Below, piece after piece: positions 24,314-33,447 of a stretch of DNA of 64,000 bases. Position numbers and translations under genes: made by a program. The stretch comes from Christensenellales bacterium (lineage in GTDB: Bacteria > Bacillota > Clostridia > Christensenellales > JBMNTQ01), in the NCBI GenBank assembly GCA_050945835.1, contig JBMNTR010000005.1:10196-74195 (forward strand), read 5' to 3'. Below the pieces are notes generated by a model, which saw only the letters and a list, made by a program, of their open reading frames with translations, did no database searches and was not told where the DNA came from. Each line of letters opens with the position of its first letter. Positions within the stretch are counted from its first letter, which is position 1.

Positions 24314-25333
24314 TCATTCCTCAAACGGGTATTTTTCGCCCCAGAGCGCGCGCAGCGCGTCACATGTTTGTATAATCTTTAGCGACTCCTCCAGCGTGAT
24401 CAGCGGTGACTCTTTCAAGCCTTTCTCAAGGCATTCGTGCACATGCGCAACCTCATACTGGTACCCTTCGCCTTTAAAGGACACGCTGCTGCCATACACG
24501 GCATCTTCATCCACCGGCGGGCAGTCGAAATTGATGATGCCGCCGCTATACGTCAGCCGCGCGTGCCGCGGGCGCCAGAAATCCTCAAACACCTCGATCA
24601 TGCCGTCGGTTCCGTAGATGGTGATCGCATCGCGCCCTTCCGAGCGCAGCGACATGAACAGCGTTGCGATTTTATCGTCGTCAAAGCGCATCACCACGCC
24701 CGCGTCCGTGTCCACCGGCCGGCCCGCGAAGTTCGCCAGGGACACCATCTCCACAGGCGCGCCGCCCATGATCATGTGCGCATAGGCAACGAGGTACACC
24801 CCGATATCCAGCAGCGAGCCGCCCGCTTCGCTGGGCATGTAGAGCCTGTCGTTGGCGTCGTCCGGCGCTTTGATGGAGAAGAGGCCGTTGAGCCCGACCA
24901 GCTTGCCGATGCGGCCTTCGTCAATCCATTGCAGCACCTGCTTCGTCACCGGGAAGGCGCGCGTCCACATGGCTTCCATCAAAAAAGTGTCGTTTTTGCG
25001 CGCGCAGTCGATCATATCCTGCTCCTGTGCGGCATTGGGCGCCATGGGCTTCTCGCAGAGCACCGGGATTTTCGCTTCTAAGCATTTGTTGGCGTATTCC
25101 CTGTGGTACGGGTGCGTCACCGCGATATACACCACATCGATCTCTTTGCATTGCAAAAACGCGTCGAAGTCGTCGAACACCAGCGGCATGCCGTATCGCT
25201 GTGCGATCGCCTCCGCCCTGTCCTTTTTGCGCGCAAACACCGCGTGCGGAATCGCGTCGGCATGCTGCAACAGCCCCGCCATAAACCGGTGTACGATCCT
25301 GCCCGCGCCTACAAAGCCCCATCTTAATTTCAT
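24314..25333 (-). CDS. Gfo/Idh/MocA oxidoreductase
   Basis: WGFVGAGRI, VLCEKP, EAMWTR, GGSLLDIGVY; GGAGG before ATG 25333 (the longer track start runs into the repeat array). Confidence 0.88.
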   Translation of the reverse strand: MKLRWGFVGAGRIVHRFMAGLLQHADAIPHAVFARKKDRAEAIAQRYGMPLVFDDFDAFLQCKEIDVVYIAVTHPYHREYANKCLEAKIPVLCEKPMAPNAAQEQDMIDCARKNDTFLMEAMWTRAFPVTKQVLQWIDEGRIGKLVGLNGLFSIKAPDDANDRLYMPSEAGGSLLDIGVYLVAYAHMIMGGAPVEMVSLANFAGRPVDTDAGVVMRFDDDKIATLFMSLRSEGRDAITIYGTDGMIEVFEDFWRPRHARLTYSGGIINFDCPPVDEDAVYGSSVSFKGEGYQYEVAHVHECLEKGLKESPLITLEESLKIIQTCDALRALWGEKYPFEE

Positions 25334-25462
25334 TTTCTGCACCTCCGTATTCTGACGTTTTATAATGATGTGTACTGATTCCATGCTGAAAGAGTGTTGA
25401 AATTTCATCTCTATGCCCATTATAACAAAATATACCTGCCATACGGAGTCATTATGTTGCGG

Positions 25463-25713
25463 TTTTTTGGGTGATAAGCAGAGCCGTTTATCCCATCCAG
25501 CACCTCCCCGGTCATGGGCGTCGCCCATTTGTATGACTCTTTATGTGATGAGCGAATCCGTCTGTTCGATTCAACGCCTCCCCCGTCATGAGCATCGCCC
25601 ATTTGTATAACTTTTTATGTGACGAGCGAGGCCGTTTATCCCATCCAGCACCTCCCCGGTTATAGGCTCGCCCATTTGTATGACTCTTTATGTGGCAAGC
25701 AAACCCGTTTGTC
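25463..25713. repeat. Tandem array of ~74-bp units (3 full + 1 partial)
   Basis: GTGAnnAGC anchors at 25471, 25545, 25619, 25692; same family as the 75-bp array at 27.5-28.0 kb. Confidence 0.9.
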
Positions 25714-25793
25714 CCTTTCGTTTGCGTGCGGTATAATCGTTTTAGAATGGTTTTTCTTTACAACGCGTGTCTGTTCAGGAAAGGAGCGTAAAA

Positions 25794-26924
25794 ATGGAGC
25801 GTTTGAAATTTGGAATGGTGGGCGGCGGTTTCGATTCCTTCATAGGTGATGTGCATATACGCAGCGCTCGGTTTGACGGGCTGGGCGTACTCTGCGCGGG
25901 CTGTTTTTCCAGCCGCCACGAAAAGACACTGCGCACAGGCGCACGCTATGGCTTGTCTCCTGACAGGCTTTATCCGGATTTTGAAACCATGGCTGTGCAG
26001 GAGTCTAGCCTGAAGGACGGCATCGATTTTGTCATCATCGCCACACCGAATCACCTGCATTACGCCGCCGCCAAGGCGTTTTTGCAGCATGGCATACATG
26101 TCGTATGCGACAAACCCCTCACACACACGGCCGCGCAGGCCGAGGAGCTTGAAAGGCTGGCCGCGCAAAACGATCTGCTCTTCTGCGTGACCTATGTCTA
26201 CTCAGGCTACGCCGCCATTCCCGCCATGCGCAAGCTCATCGACGACGGGGTGTTGGGTGATATCCGCACCATAGACGCCTCCTACAAGCAGGGCTGGCTC
26301 GCGGCCAACGTCGAGGCCGAAGGGCAAAACATCGCTTCATGGCGGCTTGATCCGAACATCGCGGGCGCTTCCATGTGTGTTGCGGACATCGGCGTACACG
26401 CGCTGAATCTCATCTCCCGCACCACCGGGCTTCGCGTAAAGGAAGCGCTGGCTATGATGGAGTGCATAGGCCGCGGCCGCGTGCTGGACACCAACGCGCA
26501 TGTACTCATGCGCTACGACACAGGCGCATCGGGGCATCTGTGGTGTTCCGGCATCGCCATCGGGCATGACAACGATCTTTCCATCGGCGTTTACGGCAGC
26601 CTGGGCAGTCTTCAGTGGAAACAGGAGGATCCTGAGCACTTCAAGCTCTGCCTGCTGAACGGCCCTGTGCAGGAATACGCCATGGGCGGGCGCATGGAAA
26701 GCGCCGGCGGCGGGTTTAGTCGCATGCCCGCCGGCTGCGTAGAGGGTTATTACGAGGCGTTTGCGAATGTGTACCGCGCGTTCATGCAGTCTTTGCTGCA
26801 GCACAAACAAAAAAAGCCCGCCGCACACGATTATCCCAGCATAGCGGACGGCGTGGAGGGCGTGCGTTTCATCGAGGCTTGCGTAAGAAGCGCACAAACA
26901 GGCAATTCGTGGGTTTTGGTCTGA
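25794..26924 (+). CDS. Gfo/Idh/MocA oxidoreductase
   Basis: FGMVGGG..SFIG.VH, IATPNHLH, CDKP, ADIGVHA; AAGGAG before ATG 25794. Confidence 0.88.
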   Translation: MERLKFGMVGGGFDSFIGDVHIRSARFDGLGVLCAGCFSSRHEKTLRTGARYGLSPDRLYPDFETMAVQESSLKDGIDFVIIATPNHLHYAAAKAFLQHGIHVVCDKPLTHTAAQAEELERLAAQNDLLFCVTYVYSGYAAIPAMRKLIDDGVLGDIRTIDASYKQGWLAANVEAEGQNIASWRLDPNIAGASMCVADIGVHALNLISRTTGLRVKEALAMMECIGRGRVLDTNAHVLMRYDTGASGHLWCSGIAIGHDNDLSIGVYGSLGSLQWKQEDPEHFKLCLLNGPVQEYAMGGRMESAGGGFSRMPAGCVEGYYEAFANVYRAFMQSLLQHKQKKPAAHDYPSIADGVEGVRFIEACVRSAQTGNSWVLV

Positions 26925-27008
26925 TCTGCAGCCGATGCTCCGCCCGGCACACGGCCGCGCGCAGCACCGTTTGATCCGGTGTGTTGAGTCCGCTCTTTAC
27001 GCTTCGCT

Positions 27009-27527
27009 TCAGCGTTTTGCAGGCTCCTGATAGTCTATGCCTTCCAGCCGCAGCAAATACCGCTTGCGCCAGAGCGTGCCTTCTCCGTAGCCGCCCAGCC
27101 CCCTGTTTGCGGCCAGCACCCTGTGGCAGGGTATCACGATGCAGAGCCCGTTCGTGTGCATCACATTGCCCACCGCGCGTGCACCGCGCGGGCTGCCCGC
27201 CTGAAGCGCGACATCCCCGTAGCTCATCTGGCCGCCATACGGAATATCCGATACGACCTCCATCACACGCTGCGCGAACGGTGTGCGCTGCGGCTTGCTC
27301 AGCGGCAGGTCGAACTGTGTGCGCTCTCCTGCAAAATATGCCTCCAGCTGCGCGATTGCGTCACAGCGCAGCTTCCCTGGGCGCGCATACGGCTCGAGAT
27401 CCGCTGCTAACGTGTCGTAATACACGCCGCACAGCCCCGTTTCATCCTCACACAAAAGAAGTGTGCCCAATGGCGTCTGCATAGGCTCTACGCGAATCGT
27501 GTTTGTGTGTGTGACCAATGAACCCAT
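27009..27527 (-). CDS. ogt: Methylated-DNA--protein-cysteine S-methyltransferase
   Basis: TPLG, IPYG..SYG, ARAVG, active site IPCHRV; AAGGAGG (27540-27534) before ATG 27527. Confidence 0.9.
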   Translation of the reverse strand: MGSLVTHTNTIRVEPMQTPLGTLLLCEDETGLCGVYYDTLAADLEPYARPGKLRCDAIAQLEAYFAGERTQFDLPLSKPQRTPFAQRVMEVVSDIPYGGQMSYGDVALQAGSPRGARAVGNVMHTNGLCIVIPCHRVLAANRGLGGYGEGTLWRKRYLLRLEGIDYQEPAKR

Positions 27528-27538
27528 CTGTTTCCTCC

Positions 27539-28035
27539 TTTTTGGGTGATAAGCGAAGCCGTTTATTCGATCCGGCGCAGCCCCGATCATGGGCATTACC
27601 CATCTATCCAGCTGTTTTAGGTGATAAGCGGAGCTGTTTATTCGATCCGGCGCATCCCCGGTTATGGACGCTATCCATCTGTACAGTCGTTTTGGGTAAC
27701 CAGCGAAGCCGTTTATCCCCTCCAGCGCATCCCCGATCATGAGCATTACCCATCTATCCAGCTATTTTAGGTGATAAGCGTACCCGTTTATTCGATCCGG
27801 CGCATCCCCGGTCATGAACGCTACCCGTCTATCCAGTCGTTTTGGGTAACCGGCGAAGCCGTTTATTCGATCCGGCACAGCCCCGATCATGGGCATTACC
27901 CATCTATCCAGCTGTTTTAGGTGATAAGCAAACCCGTTTATTCGATCCGGCGCAGCCCCGGTCATGAACGCTGTCCGTCTATCCAATCGTTTTAGGTGAC
28001 CAGCGTGCCCGTTTGTTCGATCCGGCGCAGCCCTC
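27539..28035. repeat. Tandem array of 75-bp units (6 full + 1 partial) with alternating A/B variants
   Basis: Unit anchors at 27546, 27621, 27696, 27771, 27846, 27921, 27996 (exact 75-bp period). Confidence 0.95.
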
Positions 28036-28055
28036 CATTTCCCTTTATATACGAT

Positions 28056-28084
28056 AAGCGGAGCCGTTCGCTCGGCTCCGCTTT
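28056..28084. terminator. Hairpin downstream of the M23 peptidase gene
   Basis: AAGCGGAGCCG-TTCGCT-CGGCTCCGCTT. Confidence 0.6.
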
Positions 28085-28132
28085 CTGTCAACTGATAAAG
28101 GGCATATCCATGGACAACACACCGCGCGCCGC

Positions 28133-29920
28133 TTACAGATAGTTCGACGGGTTCACTTTAGATCCGTTGATCCAGATTTCAAAATGCAAATGGATGCCTG
28201 TGTTACCGCTGGTGATGCCTGTGTTGCCCATCAAGCCGATGGTCTGTCCTTTGGTCACGCTCTGCCCTGCGCTCACATACACCTGTCCCGCATCCAGATG
28301 CGCATAGAACGTTTTGCTGCCGTCCTCATGGCGTATCAGCACACAATTGCCATAGCCGCCATATCCCGTGCCGCCGTTGCAGCAGCCCGAGCTTTGGCGC
28401 GTGTGTGTGCAGCCTGCATAAGCATATTCCACCGTGCCCGCCTTGGAGGCCAATATGGCCGGCGTGGAGCCGCCCAAGTGCCCCAGCGATGTTCCGCTGT
28501 AGCTGATATCCATCGCCGGATGCCCGCCGCTGTAGTATTGTGTCACCAGCCCATAGCCGGCCACAGGCCAGCCATAGCCTTCGCTGGGCGCGGGATCAGG
28601 CGCAGGCGTAGGGGCGGGTGTTGGATTGGGCACAGGAGAAGCAGGCTGTGTGGGCTTGGGTGCATTCGGCTGTGAAGGCGTGGGTGTGCCCGGCTGCGCG
28701 GATGGTTTCGATGCGGGGTTGCTTTGCGCAGGCGGATTCACATCCCCCTCCTCCTGCTGCTTTGCCTGCACACTAAACGGCTGCCTGCACAGTATGGTGG
28801 TGTTGTCTTCTTCGTCGCAAGCGCGGATTTCAATGACCTTGTTGCCCTCCGTGAGCTTATTGAAACGTATATAATAATCGATAGAGGTCAGATTGATCTC
28901 GTTTTCCTCCCAGGGCTCCTCATGCTCCATCTCCATCGCTTCTTCCCAAGCGGCATCCCGCGCACGTGCAAGCAGGCGGTTTAGGTTTGCCGTGTTCGTT
29001 TCGTGTTCGGTCTCATCATCATCCGCCGGTTCACCAGAGGCGTCCTCGGGCTGTTCTTCCACTTCGGAAGCCTCGTCGGAATCCCCCTCGCCGGAATCCG
29101 GCTGCGCCTCTTCGCTGTCAACGCCTGTGGATTCCAATTCCTTTAGCGCCTGCTCCCACAGTATGCTCTCCGTGGGGATCTTGTCCGCGTCGTAGATATA
29201 CACCGCAACCGAACGAATACCGCCGCCGTTTTGCACGAGGCCGCGCAGCGTATACGTTGCGCCCTGCTCGTGTACAAGCGGCACTTCAAAGCCTTCAATG
29301 GTCATATCGCTCACGCACACCGTACATTGTGTGCGCATGCTGCCGTCCGCCGCCATAGCGCTCACCGTAGCCATGCCGTTGCCATTGGCTACGAGCACGC
29401 CGAAATCGTTGACAGACACCACCGCTTCGTCGGAGCTTTCAAACAACAACGCAGGGAGAAAAGCATCCTCCGGATAGGCCTGCGGCGTGATTTTCGTAAT
29501 ATCATCTTTCTTTAAATGCACCAGACGCTCTGAAAAATAGATGCGCTCGGCCGTCTGTTCTTCGTCTACCCGTTCGATGATCAGCGTATAGAAGAGCACA
29601 CCCCGCTCACCGCTGCAGCCTATGAGCGCCGTGTTCACGCCGTCCTTCAACTCGACGGTATCCTCAAGCAATATGACTTCATAAGGTGCTTCGGCCCGGG
29701 CCTGTATGCGCACGCTCTTAGTCTTTTCATCCACACGGCATAAGTACGTGCTCACATCGGGGCTGAATGCCGGGAATAATTCGATCTCCTCTTGATCGGC
29801 TAAAATGCTCAAAGAGGAGAGTGCCTGCGCGCCTGTGCCGGTCACACCCAGCGCTTGCAGTGGCAACAGACAAAGCGCCGCGATGAGTATGATACATAGC
29901 CATTGTTTTGTTTTTCTCAT
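28133..29920 (-). CDS. Secreted modular M23 metallopeptidase (cadherin-like beta-sandwich, Ig-like Big_2, acidic and Pro-rich linkers)
   Basis: Signal peptide; LFPAFSPDVSTY; SSDEAVVSVNDFG; HPAMD (HxxxD), YAHL, HLHFEI..VNP; start ATG 29920 chosen because it begins the signal peptide. Confidence 0.82.
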   Translation of the reverse strand: MRKTKQWLCIILIAALCLLPLQALGVTGTGAQALSSLSILADQEEIELFPAFSPDVSTYLCRVDEKTKSVRIQARAEAPYEVILLEDTVELKDGVNTALIGCSGERGVLFYTLIIERVDEEQTAERIYFSERLVHLKKDDITKITPQAYPEDAFLPALLFESSDEAVVSVNDFGVLVANGNGMATVSAMAADGSMRTQCTVCVSDMTIEGFEVPLVHEQGATYTLRGLVQNGGGIRSVAVYIYDADKIPTESILWEQALKELESTGVDSEEAQPDSGEGDSDEASEVEEQPEDASGEPADDDETEHETNTANLNRLLARARDAAWEEAMEMEHEEPWEENEINLTSIDYYIRFNKLTEGNKVIEIRACDEEDNTTILCRQPFSVQAKQQEEGDVNPPAQSNPASKPSAQPGTPTPSQPNAPKPTQPASPVPNPTPAPTPAPDPAPSEGYGWPVAGYGLVTQYYSGGHPAMDISYSGTSLGHLGGSTPAILASKAGTVEYAYAGCTHTRQSSGCCNGGTGYGGYGNCVLIRHEDGSKTFYAHLDAGQVYVSAGQSVTKGQTIGLMGNTGITSGNTGIHLHFEIWINGSKVNPSNYL

Positions 29921-30157
29921 AATACATGCCGCCCTTCGTATGGGAAAGGGCCCTTTCATGTGATCAAGCTTCTTTTGCATAGATCTGCCGCTATTCGGAC
30001 CTTCATTTTCTGTCTGCATGAATTTTGTCTATTCTACTACACTTCATCATACTTTCGCAATGATTTCGTCATATTTTGTAATGAGAATATTTGTTAAATC
30101 CGTATATCACACCGCACCGGCGGAAAAATACCCTTACAAAGGGCTGCACATCTTTGG

Positions 30158-30955
30158 TCAGTCCAGCCCGTACTGCGCCGTGAGCGCACGCAAATCCCCG
30201 CTGTCCTTGAGCGATTGCAGCTCTTCGTTCACCAGTTGTAGCACATCCTCATTCTCTTTGAGCACCATCACACAATAGGGCGCCTGCCCGTAGGTATAAG
30301 GGCCGATCACGGCTCCTTCCGGCGCCAGGCTGTTCAATACGCCGGATTCGGCAAAAAAATGATCGAGCAGCCCTTTATGCAGCAGCTCCATCGCCTCCGG
30401 ATACGAAGCGAGGGGCACCGTCTCGCATTCGATTGCCGCTTCCTCAACGCATGTTTGCAGCACACTCTGCGCGACGGAGCCGTTGATAACACCCAGCTTT
30501 TTGCCCGCAAGCTGCCCGGCCTCCTGCACCAAAGGGCCGTTTTCAGGGGACAGGAAGGCGTAGGTATCCACATAATACGGCTCTGAAAACGCATAGCCCG
30601 AGGTGAGGTAATTGGCCGCCGTCTGCATGGCGAGGGTCATATCGACATCGCCTTCATTGAGCGCATACCGTTTGGTCACGCTGTTGACTGCTACCAGCTC
30701 CACCTTCTTCATGTCTTTCATGATGCGGCCGCCCAGCATGCCGGCTAAGTCGGCTTCTAATCCCGTCGGCCGGCCGTCCTGCGTCTTGCTGCCGAACGAT
30801 TCGATGTGTTCATACACACCGATGCGCAAAACCCCCGCGTATTCATACTGCGCGACCACCAGGCTCCCGTCAGGCTTTGCTGCGCATCCGGCTAAAAAAG
30901 CCAGCGCCACAGCCACCACACCAAACAATACGTATGGGCGGCAATTGTTTTGCAT
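30158..30955 (-). CDS. Polar amino-acid ABC substrate-binding lipoprotein (family 3), no adjacent permease
   Basis: Lipobox LAGC; GVLRIGV, GLEADLA, FSEPYY, LAGKKLGV; start uncertain. Confidence 0.8.
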   Translation of the reverse strand: MQNNCRPYVLFGVVAVALAFLAGCAAKPDGSLVVAQYEYAGVLRIGVYEHIESFGSKTQDGRPTGLEADLAGMLGGRIMKDMKKVELVAVNSVTKRYALNEGDVDMTLAMQTAANYLTSGYAFSEPYYVDTYAFLSPENGPLVQEAGQLAGKKLGVINGSVAQSVLQTCVEEAAIECETVPLASYPEAMELLHKGLLDHFFAESGVLNSLAPEGAVIGPYTYGQAPYCVMVLKENEDVLQLVNEELQSLKDSGDLRALTAQYGLD

Positions 30956-31267
30956 ATAATGGAAGCGGCGGCAAAAGCGCGCACACGCGCGCAGCATACA
31001 TTCTATCATGTTCTATAATGTATATCGTTTTATGCCGCCTGTCAAATCATGGGGATGTGCCGTGTATATCCGGCTTTTCCGCGGGGATTTTGCAGCTTGT
31101 GCACGCACAGGGTTTAAAACGTTCGTGCCATAGCCCCGCACTGAAGCTTTTGCCGCATGCGGCCGGTATGCGCTCCTATAAAAGTTTATGCAGGGGCTTG
31201 CGGGCTGCTTGCGCAAGGGCCTGTAAGTTGTTATAATCCATGTATAAAAGCTTGGAGGTATCCGCAT

Positions 31268-32275
31268 TTGATATGGACCATTCTCCTGCTCGGGCTCACA
31301 CAGGGTTTGTGTGAATTTTTGCCCGTGAGCAGCTCGGGGCATCTCGTGTTGCTGCAAAACCTGTTCGGGCTCAGCGAAACAGCCCTGCAAGGCAGCGCGC
31401 TCGCTTTCGATATCATGCTGCATGTCGGAACGCTGGCCGCTGTATGCGTGATGTTTAGAAAAGACATATGGGCGATTCTAAAGCATCTGCTGCTCTTTTT
31501 GGCCGCGCTCTTTACGTTTAACAAAAAAAATATACAGCTCGTCGCCAGGCAGCCGGCCGGCAAGCTGGTGCGCGGGCTCATCTACGCGACGCTGCCGCTG
31601 GTGGCGGCGGCGCTGTTGTTCTACGATGAAATCACAGCGCTTTTCGACGGAGGATTTCTAGGCTACGCATTTTTGCTCACCGCGCTGCTGCTCACGCTTT
31701 CCGAGGTGATGAGCAAGCGAAGCGCAGCCCGAAAAAGCCACAGCCGCAGGGAAACGGACGCTGTGCGCCCTTATCAGGCGCTGTGTATGGGCATGATGCA
31801 GCTGTTGAGCCTGCTGCCCGGCCTTTCGCGCTCCGGCTCCACCATATCGGGCGGGCTGATGAGCGGTGTTTCCCGCAAACAGGCCGCGCGTTTTTCCTTT
31901 TTGATGTCTATTCCCGCCATATTGGGTTCTTTGGTGATGGAGGGAAAGGATATGCTCCAGAACGGCATCGGTGATATTTCCTGGGGATTGGTGCTGTTGG
32001 GCATGTTCACGGCATTCTTGTCCGGGCTGTTTGCCATCGGCTTTATGATGCGTATGTTAGAAAAAAGGCGCTTGTTCGGCTTTGCCGTCTATACGCTCTT
32101 TTTAGGCGCCGCCGTGCTCACAGGCGTAGTGGTGCTGCAGTATATCGTGCTGGGCGCGGGTGTTGCCGTGCTGATAGGCCTGGGCGTGGTGTCCTTGCTG
32201 AATAAGCTGGTGATATCGGATCCCCTGCCCCCGGATGCCGGCAGCAGCAGGCCTGCACGCCGAAGGCAGCCGTAA
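31268..32275 (+). CDS. uppP: Undecaprenyl-diphosphate phosphatase
   Basis: QGLCEFLPVSSSGHL, PGLSRSGSTI, FSFLMSIPAI; GGAGG before TTG 31268. Confidence 0.93.
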   Translation: MIWTILLLGLTQGLCEFLPVSSSGHLVLLQNLFGLSETALQGSALAFDIMLHVGTLAAVCVMFRKDIWAILKHLLLFLAALFTFNKKNIQLVARQPAGKLVRGLIYATLPLVAAALLFYDEITALFDGGFLGYAFLLTALLLTLSEVMSKRSAARKSHSRRETDAVRPYQALCMGMMQLLSLLPGLSRSGSTISGGLMSGVSRKQAARFSFLMSIPAILGSLVMEGKDMLQNGIGDISWGLVLLGMFTAFLSGLFAIGFMMRMLEKRRLFGFAVYTLFLGAAVLTGVVVLQYIVLGAGVAVLIGLGVVSLLNKLVISDPLPPDAGSSRPARRRQP

Positions 32276-32294
32276 TACACAGCTCTTATCCACA

Positions 32295-32335
32295 AAGCCG
32301 CAATTAAGAACGCTCTTTTTTGCGGCTTTTTTTTA
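32295..32335 (+). terminator. Intrinsic terminator after uppP
   Basis: AAGCCGCAA...TTGCGGCTT followed by a T run. Confidence 0.65.
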
Positions 32336-32445
32336 TTTCTTTTCCGCTTCGGTTGAATCGAGGGCGTATTTGGGTATACAATGAATAACAGCGGTACCCG
32401 GCGTCCGCTGCTATACGGTTATTGATAAAGGAGTGTATATGCATT

Positions 32446-33279
32446 ATGAGTAAAGAATGCTCTTCTGACTGCTCTTCCTATGGCCAGAGCTGTGCTTCAA
32501 GGCGCGACGAACCAAACAGTCTCCTTGAAGCACCTCATCCGCTGAGCAGCATCAAGAAGGTGGTGGGTGTGGTGAGCGGCAAGGGCGGCGTGGGTAAATC
32601 CATGGTGACCTCCCTGTTGGCCGTGATGCTGCAGCGTGCGGGGTATCAGGCCGCCATACTGGACGCGGACATCACCGGTCCTTCCATCCCGAAGTCGTTT
32701 GGTATCCAATCACGTGCCGAGGACGGCGGTGAGTTCGGCATACTGCCTAAAAAGACAGCCACCGGCATACAGCTGATGTCCATCAACCTGCTGCTGGAGC
32801 GTGAAGACACGCCGGTGGTGTGGCGCGGGCCGGTGATCGCCAATACGGTCAAACAGCTTTACAGCGGCGTGGTGTGGGCGAATGTGGATTTCCTGCTGCT
32901 GGACCTGCCCCCGGGCACAGGCGATGTGCCGCTGACCATCTTCCAATCCCTGCCGGTGGACGGCATCATCATGGTGACTTCCCCGCAGGATCTGGTGTCC
33001 ATGGTCGTTTCAAAGGCGGTAAACATGGCCAAGCTGATGCACATCCCCGTGCTGGGCTTGGTTGAAAACATGAGCTATGTGGAATGCCCGGACTGCAAGA
33101 AGAAGATCGAGCTGTTCGGCAAGAGCCACGCGCAGCAAACGGCGGACAAGCACGGCATCGAACTCTTGGGCCGCATCCCGGTCGAACCGACGCTGGCCGC
33201 CATGTGTGACAACGGACAGATCGAATTGTTTGACGGCGACTGGCTGAAAGCCGCGCTGGACAAGCTGACAGCGCTTTGA
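32446..33279 (+). CDS. mrp: Mrp/ApbC (NBP35-family) Fe-S carrier ATPase
   Basis: SGKGGVGKS, DADITGPS, WRGP, DLPPGTGD, ENMS..CPDC. Confidence 0.92.
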   Translation: MSKECSSDCSSYGQSCASRRDEPNSLLEAPHPLSSIKKVVGVVSGKGGVGKSMVTSLLAVMLQRAGYQAAILDADITGPSIPKSFGIQSRAEDGGEFGILPKKTATGIQLMSINLLLEREDTPVVWRGPVIANTVKQLYSGVVWANVDFLLLDLPPGTGDVPLTIFQSLPVDGIIMVTSPQDLVSMVVSKAVNMAKLMHIPVLGLVENMSYVECPDCKKKIELFGKSHAQQTADKHGIELLGRIPVEPTLAAMCDNGQIELFDGDWLKAALDKLTAL

Positions 33280-33447
33280 GCGGTACTTGCACCTGATACA
33301 CGTGCGGAGCTTCATCAAACAAGCACCCTAAAGGGGCGCGGGAAGAATTCACTTCCTGTGCCCCTTATTCTCGTGCAGCGCATGCCTTGCCCTTTGGTTT
33401 AGACTGCTGCAAAACCTGCCTCTTGCGCAGCCGCACGCTTTACACCT

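Noticed and set aside
24314-25528. Long N-terminal extension of the Gfo/Idh/MocA ORF and small ORFs at 25413-25849
   Set aside because: They run through the non-coding repeat array; the RBS supports ATG 25333.
27539-28035. CRISPR array
   Set aside because: Units are similar along their whole length with no unique spacers, and no cas genes are in the window.
27996-28037. tRNA-like gene array (75-nt units with TTCGATCC; last unit ends in CCA)
   Set aside because: No T-stem, acceptor stem or anticodon arm pairing could be built.
27530-28091. 25-aa repeat protein or repeat-extended Ogt (track ORFs 27009..27746 and 27762..28091)
   Set aside because: An open frame follows from the 75-bp period; it is interrupted by a TAG, the sister array has a frame-breaking 74-bp period, and ogt has a strong RBS at ATG 27527.
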